64,000 nucleotides of DNA from Pelagibacteraceae bacterium (lineage in GTDB: Bacteria; Pseudomonadota; Alphaproteobacteria; Pelagibacterales; AG-422-B15), in assembly GCA_038103905.1 (NCBI GenBank), contig JAYNZW010000002.1:10293-74292 (forward strand). The letters are read 5' to 3'. Below, piece by piece: positions 11,116 through 21,050 of this stretch. Positions within the stretch are counted from its first letter, which is position 1; each line of letters opens with the position of its first letter. Below the pieces are notes generated by a model. That model did not search any database and was not told the origin of the DNA. It saw only the letters and a list, made by a program, of their open reading frames with translations. The position numbers were made by a program, and so were the translations under genes.

Positions 11116-13167
11116 ATGTCTAAAAATAAAATTCTCAAAACTGTGTCTGATTATAAGCCAGCGGGAGATCAGCCCCAAGCAATACAGGAAATAGTAGAGA
11201 ATATATCAAAAAAAGAAGATGATCAGGTTTTGCTTGGTGTTACAGGCTCAGGAAAAACATTCACAATGGCAAAAATTATTGAGAAAACTCAAAGACCAAC
11301 TCTGATTCTTGCTCCAAATAAAACTTTAGCAGCTCAGTTATATGGCGAAATGAAGTCTTTCTTTCCAAATAATGCGGTTGAGTACTTTGTTTCATATTAT
11401 GATTATTACATTCCTGAAGCATATGTACCTCGTTCAAATACATACATTGAAAAAGAGGCTTCGATAAATGAACAAATTGATCGAATGCGTCACTCTGCAA
11501 CTCAATCTCTTCTTGAAAGAGATGATGTTATTATAGTTGCAAGTGTTTCTTGTATTTACGGAATTGGCTCAGTTGAAACGTATCGTACTATGACAATCAA
11601 ACTTGAGGAAAATCAAAAAATTGGACGAAATGAAATTGTACAGAAGCTTATTGCATTACAATATACTCGAAATGATACCGATTTTCATAGAGGGACTTTT
11701 AGGGTAAGAGGAGATTTAATTGAAATATTCCCATCACATTATGAGGATAGAGCATGGAAAATATCTCTTTTTGGGGATGAGCTCGAAAGTATAAATGAAT
11801 TTGATCCACTTACTGGAAAAAAAACTGAAACACTTTCAAATATAAAAATTTATGCAAATAGTCACTACGTTACTCCAAGACCTACATTACAAAATGCAAT
11901 TAAACAGATTAGAAAAGATCTTGAGTCACGTATTCCAGAGTTTAAAAAAGAAAATAAATTAATTGAAGCACAAAGAATTGAGGAGCGAACAAAATTTGAT
12001 CTTGAAATGATAGAAGCTACGGGTAGTTGTCCAGGTATTGAAAATTATTCTCGATATCTATCGGGAAGAAAACCCGGAGAACCACCTCCAACTCTTTTTG
12101 AATACCTGCCTGAAAACTCTCTGTTATTTGTCGACGAAAGTCATGTTACTGTACCTCAGCTTGAGGGAATGTATAAAGGAGATAGAACTAGAAAACACAC
12201 ATTATCTGAATATGGTTTTCGATTGCCTTCATGTAAAGATAATAGACCTCTTAAGTTTGAAGAATGGGAAATAATGAGGCCACAAAGTTTGTTTATCTCT
12301 GCTACTCCAGGACCATGGGAATTAAAAAAAACACAAGGTGTTTTTACTGAACAAATTATCAGACCAACTGGTCTAATAGATCCTGAAGTAGAAATAAGGC
12401 CTGCAAAAAGTCAAGTTGAAGACCTCATATCAGAATGTAAAAAAGTTGTTAAAAATAAATACAGAGTTCTTGTCACAACTTTAACAAAGAGAATGGCAGA
12501 GGATCTATCTGAGTATATGCATGAAAATGGGATCAAAGTAAAATACATGCATTCAGACATTGATACTCTGGAAAGAATAGAAATAATTCGAGACTTAAGA
12601 AGAGGTATGTTTGATGTACTAGTAGGCATTAATTTACTTCGTGAAGGCTTAGATATACCTGAATGTGCATTAGTAGCAATTCTAGATGCTGATAAAGAAG
12701 GCTTTTTGAGATCAGAACGTTCTTTAGTTCAAACAATTGGAAGAGCAGCAAGAAATGTGGATGGTAGGGTAATTTTATATGCCGATAAAAAAACTGATAG
12801 TATGAAAAAAGCAATTGAAGAAACTAAAAGAAGAAGAAAAATACAGGAAAAATTTAATAAAGATAATAATATTACCCCAAAAACAATTAAACGAGATATA
12901 AGTGATATACTCGAAAGCATTTACGAAAGTGACCGAGTTAATGTGGAACTTCCTGAGAGTGAGGAAAAACACTTAGTTGGTAATAATTTAAAGAAGCACT
13001 TAGATAGCTTAAAAAAGAAAATGCTAAATTTTGCAGAAGATTTAAATTTTGAAGAAGCGGCTAAGTTAAGAGATGAAATAAAAAGATTAGAAAATAACGA
13101 ATTAGAATTACCTAATATAAGATCAGTAAATTATAAAAGAAAAAAAAGAAAAAAATATTTTAATTAA
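11116..13167 (+). CDS. uvrB: Excinuclease ABC subunit B
   Basis: Walker [18 protein letters not shown] helicase motif II, C-terminal UVR domain [15 protein letters not shown]. Confidence 0.97.
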   Translation: MSKNKILKTVSDYKPAGDQPQAIQEIVENISKKEDDQVLLGVTGSGKTFTMAKIIEKTQRPTLILAPNKTLAAQLYGEMKSFFPNNAVEYFVSYYDYYIPEAYVPRSNTYIEKEASINEQIDRMRHSATQSLLERDDVIIVASVSCIYGIGSVETYRTMTIKLEENQKIGRNEIVQKLIALQYTRNDTDFHRGTFRVRGDLIEIFPSHYEDRAWKISLFGDELESINEFDPLTGKKTETLSNIKIYANSHYVTPRPTLQNAIKQIRKDLESRIPEFKKENKLIEAQRIEERTKFDLEMIEATGSCPGIENYSRYLSGRKPGEPPPTLFEYLPENSLLFVDESHVTVPQLEGMYKGDRTRKHTLSEYGFRLPSCKDNRPLKFEEWEIMRPQSLFISATPGPWELKKTQGVFTEQIIRPTGLIDPEVEIRPAKSQVEDLISECKKVVKNKYRVLVTTLTKRMAEDLSEYMHENGIKVKYMHSDIDTLERIEIIRDLRRGMFDVLVGINLLREGLDIPECALVAILDADKEGFLRSERSLVQTIGRAARNVDGRVILYADKKTDSMKKAIEETKRRRKIQEKFNKDNNITPKTIKRDISDILESIYESDRVNVELPESEEKHLVGNNLKKHLDSLKKKMLNFAEDLNFEEAAKLRDEIKRLENNELELPNIRSVNYKRKKRKKYFN

Positions 13168-14106
13168 ATGATAACAAGCTCTATTTTAGTAATCTTTGGT
13201 CTTCTTTTATTACTTTACTGTGCAGATCGCATGATTATGTTCGCAGACATAATTGCTAAAGAATTTTCACTTTCACCTATCTTAATTGGCCTAACAATCG
13301 TAGCATTTGGAACATCGGCTCCTGAATTAGTCATAACTATAATTGCTTCCTTGAAGGATGTTCCGGCAACTGATGCAATAATTGGAAATGTTATTGGTTC
13401 TAATATAGCAAATCTGATACTAATTTTGGGTGTATCAGCGTTATTCTTTAAAATTGATTTAGGAAAAGTTAAGAATGCTACAAATGCATACTTGTTTTTT
13501 ATAACTTTCTACTTTGCTTTTATTTTTTTTATAGATACAGCATTTAAATTCATTTTTGCAATTGGTTTTTTTATTTTTCTAATAGGTTTTATTTATTACT
13601 TAAAAAATTATCAAAATGAGCTCACTGATGATGACGATGATCATAATCAAATTTTCCAAAAGTCTGTTTATATAAAATTAATATTTACCTTTATTGGAAT
13701 ATTTATTGGTGGAAAATTATTTTTAGATAACTCACTTTATCTGTTTAAATATTTGGGTTTACAAGAGACGGTTATAGGTGTTTCAGTTTTAGCGATTGGA
13801 ACATCACTGCCAGAATTAGCCACAGTAATTTTAGCATATCTTAAAAAGAAAGGAGCAATAGGTATTGGAAATGTTATAGGTAGCAATATTATGAATATAT
13901 TATTTGTTTTCTTACCAGGGCTACTAATTATTCAAGCTAGAGGTTTAATATTTAATATTCCAGAGAATTCTATCTTTCATATTTATACACTGATACTTTC
14001 AACAAGTATGGTTATATTATTATCATTATTAAAAATAAAAATTGGTAAATTCATTGCTTTGTTATTTACTGGATTTTATGCTACTTACATTTGGAACATT
14101 GTATGA
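13168..14106 (+). CDS. Ca2+/Na+ antiporter (CaCA / YrbG-type)
   Basis: Polytopic membrane protein with two alpha-repeats (GTSAPELV...GNVIGSNIANL and GTSLPELA...GNVIGSNIMN). Confidence 0.8.
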   Translation: MITSSILVIFGLLLLLYCADRMIMFADIIAKEFSLSPILIGLTIVAFGTSAPELVITIIASLKDVPATDAIIGNVIGSNIANLILILGVSALFFKIDLGKVKNATNAYLFFITFYFAFIFFIDTAFKFIFAIGFFIFLIGFIYYLKNYQNELTDDDDDHNQIFQKSVYIKLIFTFIGIFIGGKLFLDNSLYLFKYLGLQETVIGVSVLAIGTSLPELATVILAYLKKKGAIGIGNVIGSNIMNILFVFLPGLLIIQARGLIFNIPENSIFHIYTLILSTSMVILLSLLKIKIGKFIALLFTGFYATYIWNIV

Positions 14107-14831
14107 CAAAAAAAAGAACAGTTTTGATTACTGGTGGCGCAAAACGAGTGGGTAAAGAAATAGCCTTATCTCTTGCAAGCAAAGATACAAACCTAATCAT
14201 TCACTACAATAAATCGATAGAAGAAGCCAAGAAATTAAAGCTACTAGTAGAGGATAAAGGGTCTAAATGTGCCTTGATAAAGAACGATCTAAGTAATCAG
14301 AAAAACATAAAAAAAGTCATTGATAGTTCTAAAAAGTTTTTTGGAACAATTAATTGTTTGATAAATAATGCTTCATTATTTTTGAATGACAATGTTGAGA
14401 ATTTTTCAGATAAATTGTGGAATGATCATTTAAATATAAATTTATTAGCACCTGTAAGACTATCTCAAGAATTTAATAAGCAACTACCGAAAAAATCTCA
14501 AGGTCATATTATTAATATACTTGACCAAAATATTTTTAATCCAGATACATCTTTTTTTTCATATAACATATCAAAATCAGCTTTGTATACCGCAACAATC
14601 ATTTTGGCAAAATCCTTTGCTCCAAATATTAGGGTGAATGCAATTGGACCTGGACCAACGATTAAAAATATTCATCAATCAAAAGAGCATTTTGAAAAAT
14701 CAGTAAAAAGTACACCACTTAAAATTGGGTCCCCACCATCTGAAATAGTAAAATCGGTTATATTTTTACTTGAATCCAAGGCTATAACAGGTCAATTTAT
14801 CACTGTTGATGGAGGCGAACATTTAAAATGA
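14103..14831 (+). CDS. Short-chain dehydrogenase/reductase, pteridine-reductase-like
   Basis: Rossmann motif ITGGAKRVG and catalytic YxxxK (YNISK). I moved the start to the ATG at 14103, which forms an ATGA overlap with the antiporter stop (the track start is 14091). It lies immediately upstream of folB and is translationally coupled to it. Confidence 0.75.
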   Translation: MTKKRTVLITGGAKRVGKEIALSLASKDTNLIIHYNKSIEEAKKLKLLVEDKGSKCALIKNDLSNQKNIKKVIDSSKKFFGTINCLINNASLFLNDNVENFSDKLWNDHLNINLLAPVRLSQEFNKQLPKKSQGHIINILDQNIFNPDTSFFSYNISKSALYTATIILAKSFAPNIRVNAIGPGPTIKNIHQSKEHFEKSVKSTPLKIGSPPSEIVKSVIFLLESKAITGQFITVDGGEHLK

Positions 14832-15259
14832 CATTAAAAAATGTTCTTAAATTGAATTCATTAAGGTCTGAAACTGATTTGATTAATAAAAAATCAGGTT
14901 ATGATCTTATTTTTCTAAATGATTTCACCTTACAAGCTAATGTCGGCGTCTACAAACATGAAAAAGAAAAATCTCAACCAATTAAAATTAATGTAGTTGC
15001 TAAAGTTAGGAATCCAAAAAAAATAAATGATAACAATCTACAGAGTGTTGTCTGTTATAATCAAATTTCTAAAAAAATAAAAAAAATTATTAAATCTGGT
15101 CACACAATTCTACTTGAAAAACTAGCAGAAAAGATATTTCAAGAATGTTTTAAAAATAAAAGAATTGAAACAATGAAAATTAGACTTGAAAAACCAGAAG
15201 CAATTGAAGGTGCTGCAGGTGCTGGAATTGAAGTAGAGCGTTCACGCATAGAAAAATGA
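14828..15259 (+). CDS. folB: Dihydroneopterin aldolase family protein
   Basis: 143 aa. The FolB-like core (NVGVYKHEKEKSQPIKINVV) and length fit the tunnelling-fold aldolase. It has ATGA overlaps with both neighbours. Confidence 0.7.
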   Translation: MTLKNVLKLNSLRSETDLINKKSGYDLIFLNDFTLQANVGVYKHEKEKSQPIKINVVAKVRNPKKINDNNLQSVVCYNQISKKIKKIIKSGHTILLEKLAEKIFQECFKNKRIETMKIRLEKPEAIEGAAGAGIEVERSRIEK

Positions 15260-17088
15260 AGAATATTGAAACACTAAAAAAAATAGTAGATCAACAGCCA
15301 AAATCTTCAGGAATTTACAAGATGGTAAATGCGAACGACAAGATACTTTATGTAGGAAAAGCCAAAAATATCCAAAATAGACTTAAAAGTTATCTTAACC
15401 CTAATAGCTTATCTAATCGTATCAAAAGACTTATGTCTCAGGTTGAGAAGATTGATGTGGTTGTTACTGAAACTGAAAAAGAAGCTCTTTTGCTAGAAGC
15501 AAATTTAATTAAAAAAATAAAACCGCAATACAATATTCTACTTCGAGATGATAAATCTTTCCCCTATATTTTGATTAATTATGAGCATGATTATCCTCAA
15601 ATAAAAAAGCATAGAGGAAAACAAAGTATTAAAGGTAAATATTTTGGACCTTTTGCAACTATTTCCTCTTTAGATTATACACTCAAAATACTTCAAAAGG
15701 TTTTCTTATTGAGATCATGTGAAGATACAATATTTGAAAATAGAACAAAACCTTGTCTACTGTTTCAAATAGAGAGATGCAGTGGACCTTGTGTTGATTA
15801 TACAATTAGTAAAGAAGATTACTTAGACTCTGTTAAGAGTGCAGAAGATTTTCTTTCTGGCAAACATAGTAATTTACAAGAAGAATTATCAATAAAAATG
15901 GATAATGAAAGTAATAACCTTAATTTTGAAAAAGCAGCGAGCTACAGAGATAAAATAGTTGCATTAACACAAATTCAAAGTCAACAAAATATAAATTTAA
16001 AAGATATTAAAAATACTGATGTCATTTCAATTGCACGACAAGGCAATAGATCATGTATACAAGTTTTCATATATAGATCAGGTCAAAACTGGGGAAATAG
16101 ATCATATTTTCCAAAACATAGTGATGAAGATCAAACCTCAGAAATATTGGAGAGATTTGTTGTAGATTTTTATACTAAGTACAGTCCACCGCGTGAAGTA
16201 TTAATAAATCATAAGTTAAATGATGAAAACCTAATTGTATCATCATTACATTCTATTTATGACTTTAAAACTAGATTTAATCTTCCAGTTAAAGGCAAAA
16301 AACTAGATATTATTAAGTATGCAAATAGAAACTCTGAAATCTCTCTAAAAAATCACATTGCTCAAAAACTTAGCGACTCTAAAAACCTTGAATCTTTGAG
16401 AGATAACCTTGGAATTAAAAAACATATTGGACGTATTGAAGCTTTTGATAACAGTCATTTATTTGGGAAAAATGCTGTCGGTGCTATGGTTGTATACACG
16501 AGTGAAGGCTTTGATAAGAAGAGTTACCGCAAATTTAATATTGACTCAAAAAATGTTAAATTGAGTGATGATTATGGAATGATGAGACATGTGCTCAACC
16601 GACGATTCAGCAATGAAGCAATTAACGATAATAAAAAACATAACAAACTTCCAGATTTAATTATTATTGATGGTGGCAAAGGACACTATGATTTAGCTAG
16701 AGAAATATTAGATGATAAAGGATTAAATAGTATTAGCGTACTTTCAATATTTAAAGGAGAAGGAAGAAAAGAGTCATTGGATCAAATAATATATGACAAT
16801 CAAAAAGGCTTTATTAAAAAAGATACTTCATCATTTTTCTTTGTACAAAGAATTAGAGATGAGTCTCACAGATTTGCTCTGGGAGCCCATCAGGCAAAAC
16901 GTAAAAAAGATATGAAATCATCTGAATTGGAGGCTATAGATGGACTTGGTCGCATAAAAAGAAAGTTGCTATTAAATCATTTTGGATCTGTTTTACATAT
17001 TAAAAATGCTTCACCTCAAGATCTAATGAAGGTAAAAGGTATCCACAAAGGACTTGCCCAAAAAATATATAATTTTTTTAGAAACTAA
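15256..17088 (+). CDS. uvrC: Excinuclease ABC subunit C
   Basis: GIY-YIG (GIYKMVNANDKILYVGKAKNI), four-Cys cluster (RSCEDT...KPC...RCSGPC), UVR domain (FEKAASYRDKI), and C-terminal endonuclease plus HhH2. Confidence 0.97.
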   Translation: MKNIETLKKIVDQQPKSSGIYKMVNANDKILYVGKAKNIQNRLKSYLNPNSLSNRIKRLMSQVEKIDVVVTETEKEALLLEANLIKKIKPQYNILLRDDKSFPYILINYEHDYPQIKKHRGKQSIKGKYFGPFATISSLDYTLKILQKVFLLRSCEDTIFENRTKPCLLFQIERCSGPCVDYTISKEDYLDSVKSAEDFLSGKHSNLQEELSIKMDNESNNLNFEKAASYRDKIVALTQIQSQQNINLKDIKNTDVISIARQGNRSCIQVFIYRSGQNWGNRSYFPKHSDEDQTSEILERFVVDFYTKYSPPREVLINHKLNDENLIVSSLHSIYDFKTRFNLPVKGKKLDIIKYANRNSEISLKNHIAQKLSDSKNLESLRDNLGIKKHIGRIEAFDNSHLFGKNAVGAMVVYTSEGFDKKSYRKFNIDSKNVKLSDDYGMMRHVLNRRFSNEAINDNKKHNKLPDLIIIDGGKGHYDLAREILDDKGLNSISVLSIFKGEGRKESLDQIIYDNQKGFIKKDTSSFFFVQRIRDESHRFALGAHQAKRKKDMKSSELEAIDGLGRIKRKLLLNHFGSVLHIKNASPQDLMKVKGIHKGLAQKIYNFFRN

Positions 17089-17630
17089 TGAAGCATCTTC
17101 CAAATATACTAACTCTATCAAGAATTTTATTATTACCACTTTTATTATTTATGATTTTATCATCAAGTTATCAATTAAATTTATACTCTGTAATATTATT
17201 CATATTTGTTTCATTAACTGATTTTCTTGATTGATTAATTGCGAGGTATCACGATAGTACATATGAATTTGGAAAAATGCTTGATCCAATTGCTGATAAA
17301 TTATTAGTAGTTGGCGTTCTTACAGTCTTAATGATCAATGGAACCATTGCGCACATTAACATTATTCCAGCACTATTAATTATTTTTAGAGAAATTTTTA
17401 TTTCTGGACTTCGTGAATACGCGGCAAATATTAAGCTTGAAGGCACAATTGATGTTTCTAGCATCGGAAAAGTGAAAACTGCAATTCAAATGATAAGTCT
17501 TGTACTTATACTTTTCAGCGCATCAATAGAATATTCGATATTTATTCTAAATATTGGAATTATTTTATTGTGGGCATCAATGGTACTTGCACTTATAAGT
17601 GGGTATAAATATTACAGGGCAATTTTTTGA
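17088..17630 (+). pseudogene. pgsA: CDP-diacylglycerol--glycerol-3-phosphate 3-phosphatidyltransferase, interrupted by an in-frame TGA at codon 49 (17232-17234)
   Basis: The track lists only 17277-17630. The same frame from ATG 17088 (a TAATG overlap with the uvrC stop) reads MKHLPNILTLSRILLLPLLLF...SLTDFLD*LIARYHDSTYEFGKMLDPIADK. The D-G-x2-A-R-x8-G-x3-D-x3-D motif is complete if the TGA is read as Gly. Gene identity is confident; whether it is a true pseudogene, a sequencing error or a readthrough gene is unresolved. Confidence 0.85.
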
Positions 17631-18512
17631 TCAAGATCTAACAAGATCGTGAAACTCTTGCATAAATTTAAATGTCTGAGTCTTTTCTCCAGTTTGAAAA
17701 ATGTTTTCATCTATTGACTGAATTGGTGTAACTTCTGCAGCTGTTCCTGTCAAAAAAGCCTCATCATAATTTGAAATATCCTCTGGCTTTATATATTTCT
17801 CTGTGACAGAAAAACCATTTTTAGAGACCATCTCAATAACTGTTTGGCGAGTAATTCCATTTAAAAAACAATCTGGAATAGGAGTATGAATTTCATTACC
17901 TTTAATAAAAAATATATTTGCACCAGTGCCCTCTGCTACATAACCTCGATAATCAAGCATAAGAGCATCATTGTATCCCTTTTCTTCTGCAAATTCCTTT
18001 GACATTGTACAAATTACATATGGTCCAGAAGCTTTAGCTTCACAAGGAGCTGTATCGGGTGATGGTCTTTTCCAAGGTGATGTAATTAATCTTAAACCTG
18101 CTTTTCTATCTTCTATTTTAAAGTATGATGCCCAATCATCCCACAAAGCAATAGCAACATTTATATCTGCGCTTGAAGTAGAAAGGCCCATTTGTTGACT
18201 TCCTCTCCATGCTATTGGACGGACATAGCAGTCCTTTAAACCCATCTTATTTATAAGCTCATCTTTTGCGACATTAATCTCATCCATGCTAAAAGGAATC
18301 TTAATACCTACAATTTCGGCTGATTTAAATAGCCTTTTAGTATGTTCCATGGACTTGAAAATTTTACCGTTATAAGCCCTCTCACCCTCAAAAACTGCAC
18401 TTGCATAGTGCATTCCTTGGGTAATTATGTGGCATCTTGCATCATTCCAATCAATGAAATTGCCATTCATCCAAATAATACCGTCTCTATTATCGAAAGG
18501 TTTTGAGTTCAT
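17631..18512 (-). CDS. ilvE: Branched-chain amino acid aminotransferase (class IV)
   Basis: 293 aa. Class IV PLP fold motifs (FEGERAY, EGTGANIFF, LNGITRQ). Confidence 0.9.
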   Translation of the reverse strand: MNSKPFDNRDGIIWMNGNFIDWNDARCHIITQGMHYASAVFEGERAYNGKIFKSMEHTKRLFKSAEIVGIKIPFSMDEINVAKDELINKMGLKDCYVRPIAWRGSQQMGLSTSSADINVAIALWDDWASYFKIEDRKAGLRLITSPWKRPSPDTAPCEAKASGPYVICTMSKEFAEEKGYNDALMLDYRGYVAEGTGANIFFIKGNEIHTPIPDCFLNGITRQTVIEMVSKNGFSVTEKYIKPEDISNYDEAFLTGTAAEVTPIQSIDENIFQTGEKTQTFKFMQEFHDLVRS

Positions 18513-18597
18513 AAGCTAAAAAAATAATAACTGAGAAATAGCTAATTAACATAAATATTTCTTGATTAATATCTATTTTTAAAATTATTATGTCATA

Positions 18598-19080
18598 ATG
18601 TCTGACTTAAATTTTAATGGTCCGAAGGGATCACCTCTTCTTTATCTGAGAGAAGATAAAGTAAAAGAGTCTTTAAATACTTTTTTTAATGTCTCTAAAA
18701 ATTTTGAAAAGATTATTCTCAGTAAAATAAATAATGACACATTTGGAATAGCGGATATTAGATGTCTTTTGATCATTAACTTAAATCCAGGAATAATATT
18801 TAATGAACTTATGGAGGAGCTGGATATAAGTAAGCAAAGTCTTAATCGAGTTTTAAAAAAACTTATACTCAAGAATTTTATAATTCAGAAAATCAATTTA
18901 GAAGATGGTAGAAAAAAAAATCTATATCTATCAAATCAAACCAATAGAATGCTAGATAATATATTAGAGCCAATTCTAAAAGATATATCTGACGCCTTTC
19001 AGAAATCTGGCTCTAATTCTGTTCAAGGCTTTAATCAAATTATAAATAATATTGTGAAAAGAAAAAAAAATGAGTACTAA
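18598..19080 (+). CDS. MarR-family (winged-helix) transcriptional regulator
   Basis: 160 aa. The central wHTH-like segment (IFNELMEELDISKQSLNRVLKKLILKNFIIQKINLEDGRKKNLYLS) matches the MarR pattern. Its 3' end overlaps the response-regulator start by 11 nt. Confidence 0.6.
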   Translation: MSDLNFNGPKGSPLLYLREDKVKESLNTFFNVSKNFEKIILSKINNDTFGIADIRCLLIINLNPGIIFNELMEELDISKQSLNRVLKKLILKNFIIQKINLEDGRKKNLYLSNQTNRMLDNILEPILKDISDAFQKSGSNSVQGFNQIINNIVKRKKNEY

Positions 19081-19744
19081 ATTTCACCTGCTGATTGTTG
19101 ATGATGATGATAAAATTAGATCTCTATTGAAATCATTTTTACAGAGTAAAGATTTTTTAGTTTCTACGGCAGAAAATGCAAGTGAAGCAAAAGGAATGAT
19201 AGATTTTATTAAATTTGATCTATTGATTGTTGATATAATGATGCCCGGTATGAATGGGTTTGACTTAACTCGGGAAATTAGAAATTTTTCAAATGTACCC
19301 GTTATTCATTTAACAGCAATGGACGAAAAAAAAGATGTTATTTATGGCTTAGAAATGGGGGCTGATGATTATATTGCTAAGCCATTTGAACCAAAAGAGC
19401 TTGAACTTAGAATAAATAATATTTTAAAGAAAAGTTCCGTCAAATCAAAAAATAAAACACTTCAACTGAATAATATTTTGCTTGATTTAAGTACTGGTTC
19501 AATAAAAGGCTTAGATAAAGACCTATCACTGAGTGAAAATGAGGTAAAGATATTAGAAATTTTATCTTCCAAGCCAGGAGAATCTTTTGAGAGAGAGTTT
19601 CTAATAAAATCACTAGGTTTTAATCAAGAAAGAACATTAGATGTATGTATCAATAGACTGAGAAAAAAAATAGAAAAAAACCCAAAAGTTCCAAAGTACC
19701 TTAAAACCAAAAGAGGCTCTGGCTACGTTTTATGGATAGATTGA
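19070..19744 (+). CDS. OmpR-family response regulator
   Basis: Receiver domain (LLIVDDDD, phospho-Asp context LLIVDIMMPGMNG, AKPF) and a winged-helix C-terminus (KTKRGSGYVLW). Confidence 0.92.
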   Translation: MSTKFHLLIVDDDDKIRSLLKSFLQSKDFLVSTAENASEAKGMIDFIKFDLLIVDIMMPGMNGFDLTREIRNFSNVPVIHLTAMDEKKDVIYGLEMGADDYIAKPFEPKELELRINNILKKSSVKSKNKTLQLNNILLDLSTGSIKGLDKDLSLSENEVKILEILSSKPGESFEREFLIKSLGFNQERTLDVCINRLRKKIEKNPKVPKYLKTKRGSGYVLWID

Positions 19745-19745
19745 T

Positions 19746-21044
19746 ATGAGGATTAAAGATTTTTTACCACAAAGCTTACTTGGAAGAACGACATTAATAG
19801 TTGTTTTTCCATTCATAGTATTTCAACTTATTATTTTATCATATTATTACAACAGCTTATGGGAAAGAACATTACATCAACTGTCAAGGACTGTGGTTCA
19901 AGAAATTAGTCTCATATTAAATTTATATAATTCTAATAGTGAATTAAATTTTGATACCTATGAAGATCAATTAAAATTTGAAGTAAAAATATATGATTCT
20001 TTACCTGATTCTGTAAACAGAATTAAACTTAAAGAAGATATAATTTATGAAACTCTTAGGGATGAGTTAAAAAATATTGCTTTATCAAAAGTATATATTG
20101 ATGAAATCAGAGAAACTGATGAATTCTATATCATACTTCCATCTAACACAAAATTTTTTAAGTTCATACTTCATAAAAACAGAATAACAACCTCTAGAAA
20201 TCATATTTTTTTAGGATGGCAAATTATTTCTGCACTAATACTAATAATCATTTCTATGCTTTTTCTTAAAAATCAAATTAAGCCAATTATTAATCTTGCA
20301 AAAGCTGCAGAAAGTTTTGGAAAAGGGCAAAACATTGATGACTTCAAGATATCTGGAGCTTCAGAAGTTAAACTTGCTGCCAACGAATTCTTAAAAATGA
20401 AAGATAGAATTTTAAAACAAATTGATCAACGCTCACTCATGCTTGCCGGTGTAAGTCATGACTTAAAAACTCCTTTAACTCGTATGCGTTTACAAACTGA
20501 AACAATCGAAAAAGAGGTAATAAAAAAATCACTTAATGATGAAATACAACATATGAATGAAATGTTAAGTGAATACCTAGAATTTTCATCAACAGAGCAG
20601 CAGGTAAAAACTGGAAATATAAATCCAGTAGAAGCGATATTAAAAATAAAAAATGATATCAACTTTATAGACAAGCATATTGAAGTTGAAGTGACTAAAA
20701 GTAATGACTCACTTGTAAATGAAAATATATTTAATCGTATTATAATAAATATACTTAATAATTCTATTCTATATGCAGACCATATAAAGATATTAATAGA
20801 AATGAGCAGTAAATTTATTTTAATTGATATACATGATAATGGCTCTGGTATTCCAGATGATGAAAAGGAAAATGTATTAAAACCATTTTATCGTATTGAT
20901 AAGAGTAGAAATCAAAACAAAGCGAACTCTGGACTGGGGCTGTCTATTTCAAAATCTTTACTCTCACAAATCAACGGAACGATAAACCTGGAAGACAGCT
21001 ATCTTGGAGGTTTGGCTGTAAAGATAAAGATTGAAAACCAGTAA
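19746..21044 (+). CDS. Sensor histidine kinase, EnvZ-like
   Basis: Two TM segments, a HAMP-like linker, H-box LAGVSHDLKTPLTRMRL (close to the EnvZ H-box), and ATPase G-boxes DNGSGIP and GLGLSIS. Confidence 0.9.
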   Translation: MRIKDFLPQSLLGRTTLIVVFPFIVFQLIILSYYYNSLWERTLHQLSRTVVQEISLILNLYNSNSELNFDTYEDQLKFEVKIYDSLPDSVNRIKLKEDIIYETLRDELKNIALSKVYIDEIRETDEFYIILPSNTKFFKFILHKNRITTSRNHIFLGWQIISALILIIISMLFLKNQIKPIINLAKAAESFGKGQNIDDFKISGASEVKLAANEFLKMKDRILKQIDQRSLMLAGVSHDLKTPLTRMRLQTETIEKEVIKKSLNDEIQHMNEMLSEYLEFSSTEQQVKTGNINPVEAILKIKNDINFIDKHIEVEVTKSNDSLVNENIFNRIIINILNNSILYADHIKILIEMSSKFILIDIHDNGSGIPDDEKENVLKPFYRIDKSRNQNKANSGLGLSISKSLLSQINGTINLEDSYLGGLAVKIKIENQ

Positions 21045-21050
21045 AATTAT

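Noticed and set aside
17232-17234. The TGA in pgsA as evidence for an alternative genetic code (UGA=Gly as in code 25, or UGA=Trp as in code 4) or for selenocysteine
   Set aside because: At least seven genes in the window terminate at TGA with normal protein lengths: the SDR, folB, pgsA itself, the response regulator, FkbM, lgt and thrB. No other conserved gene needs TGA read through. The position is an invariant Gly, not a Cys/Sec site.
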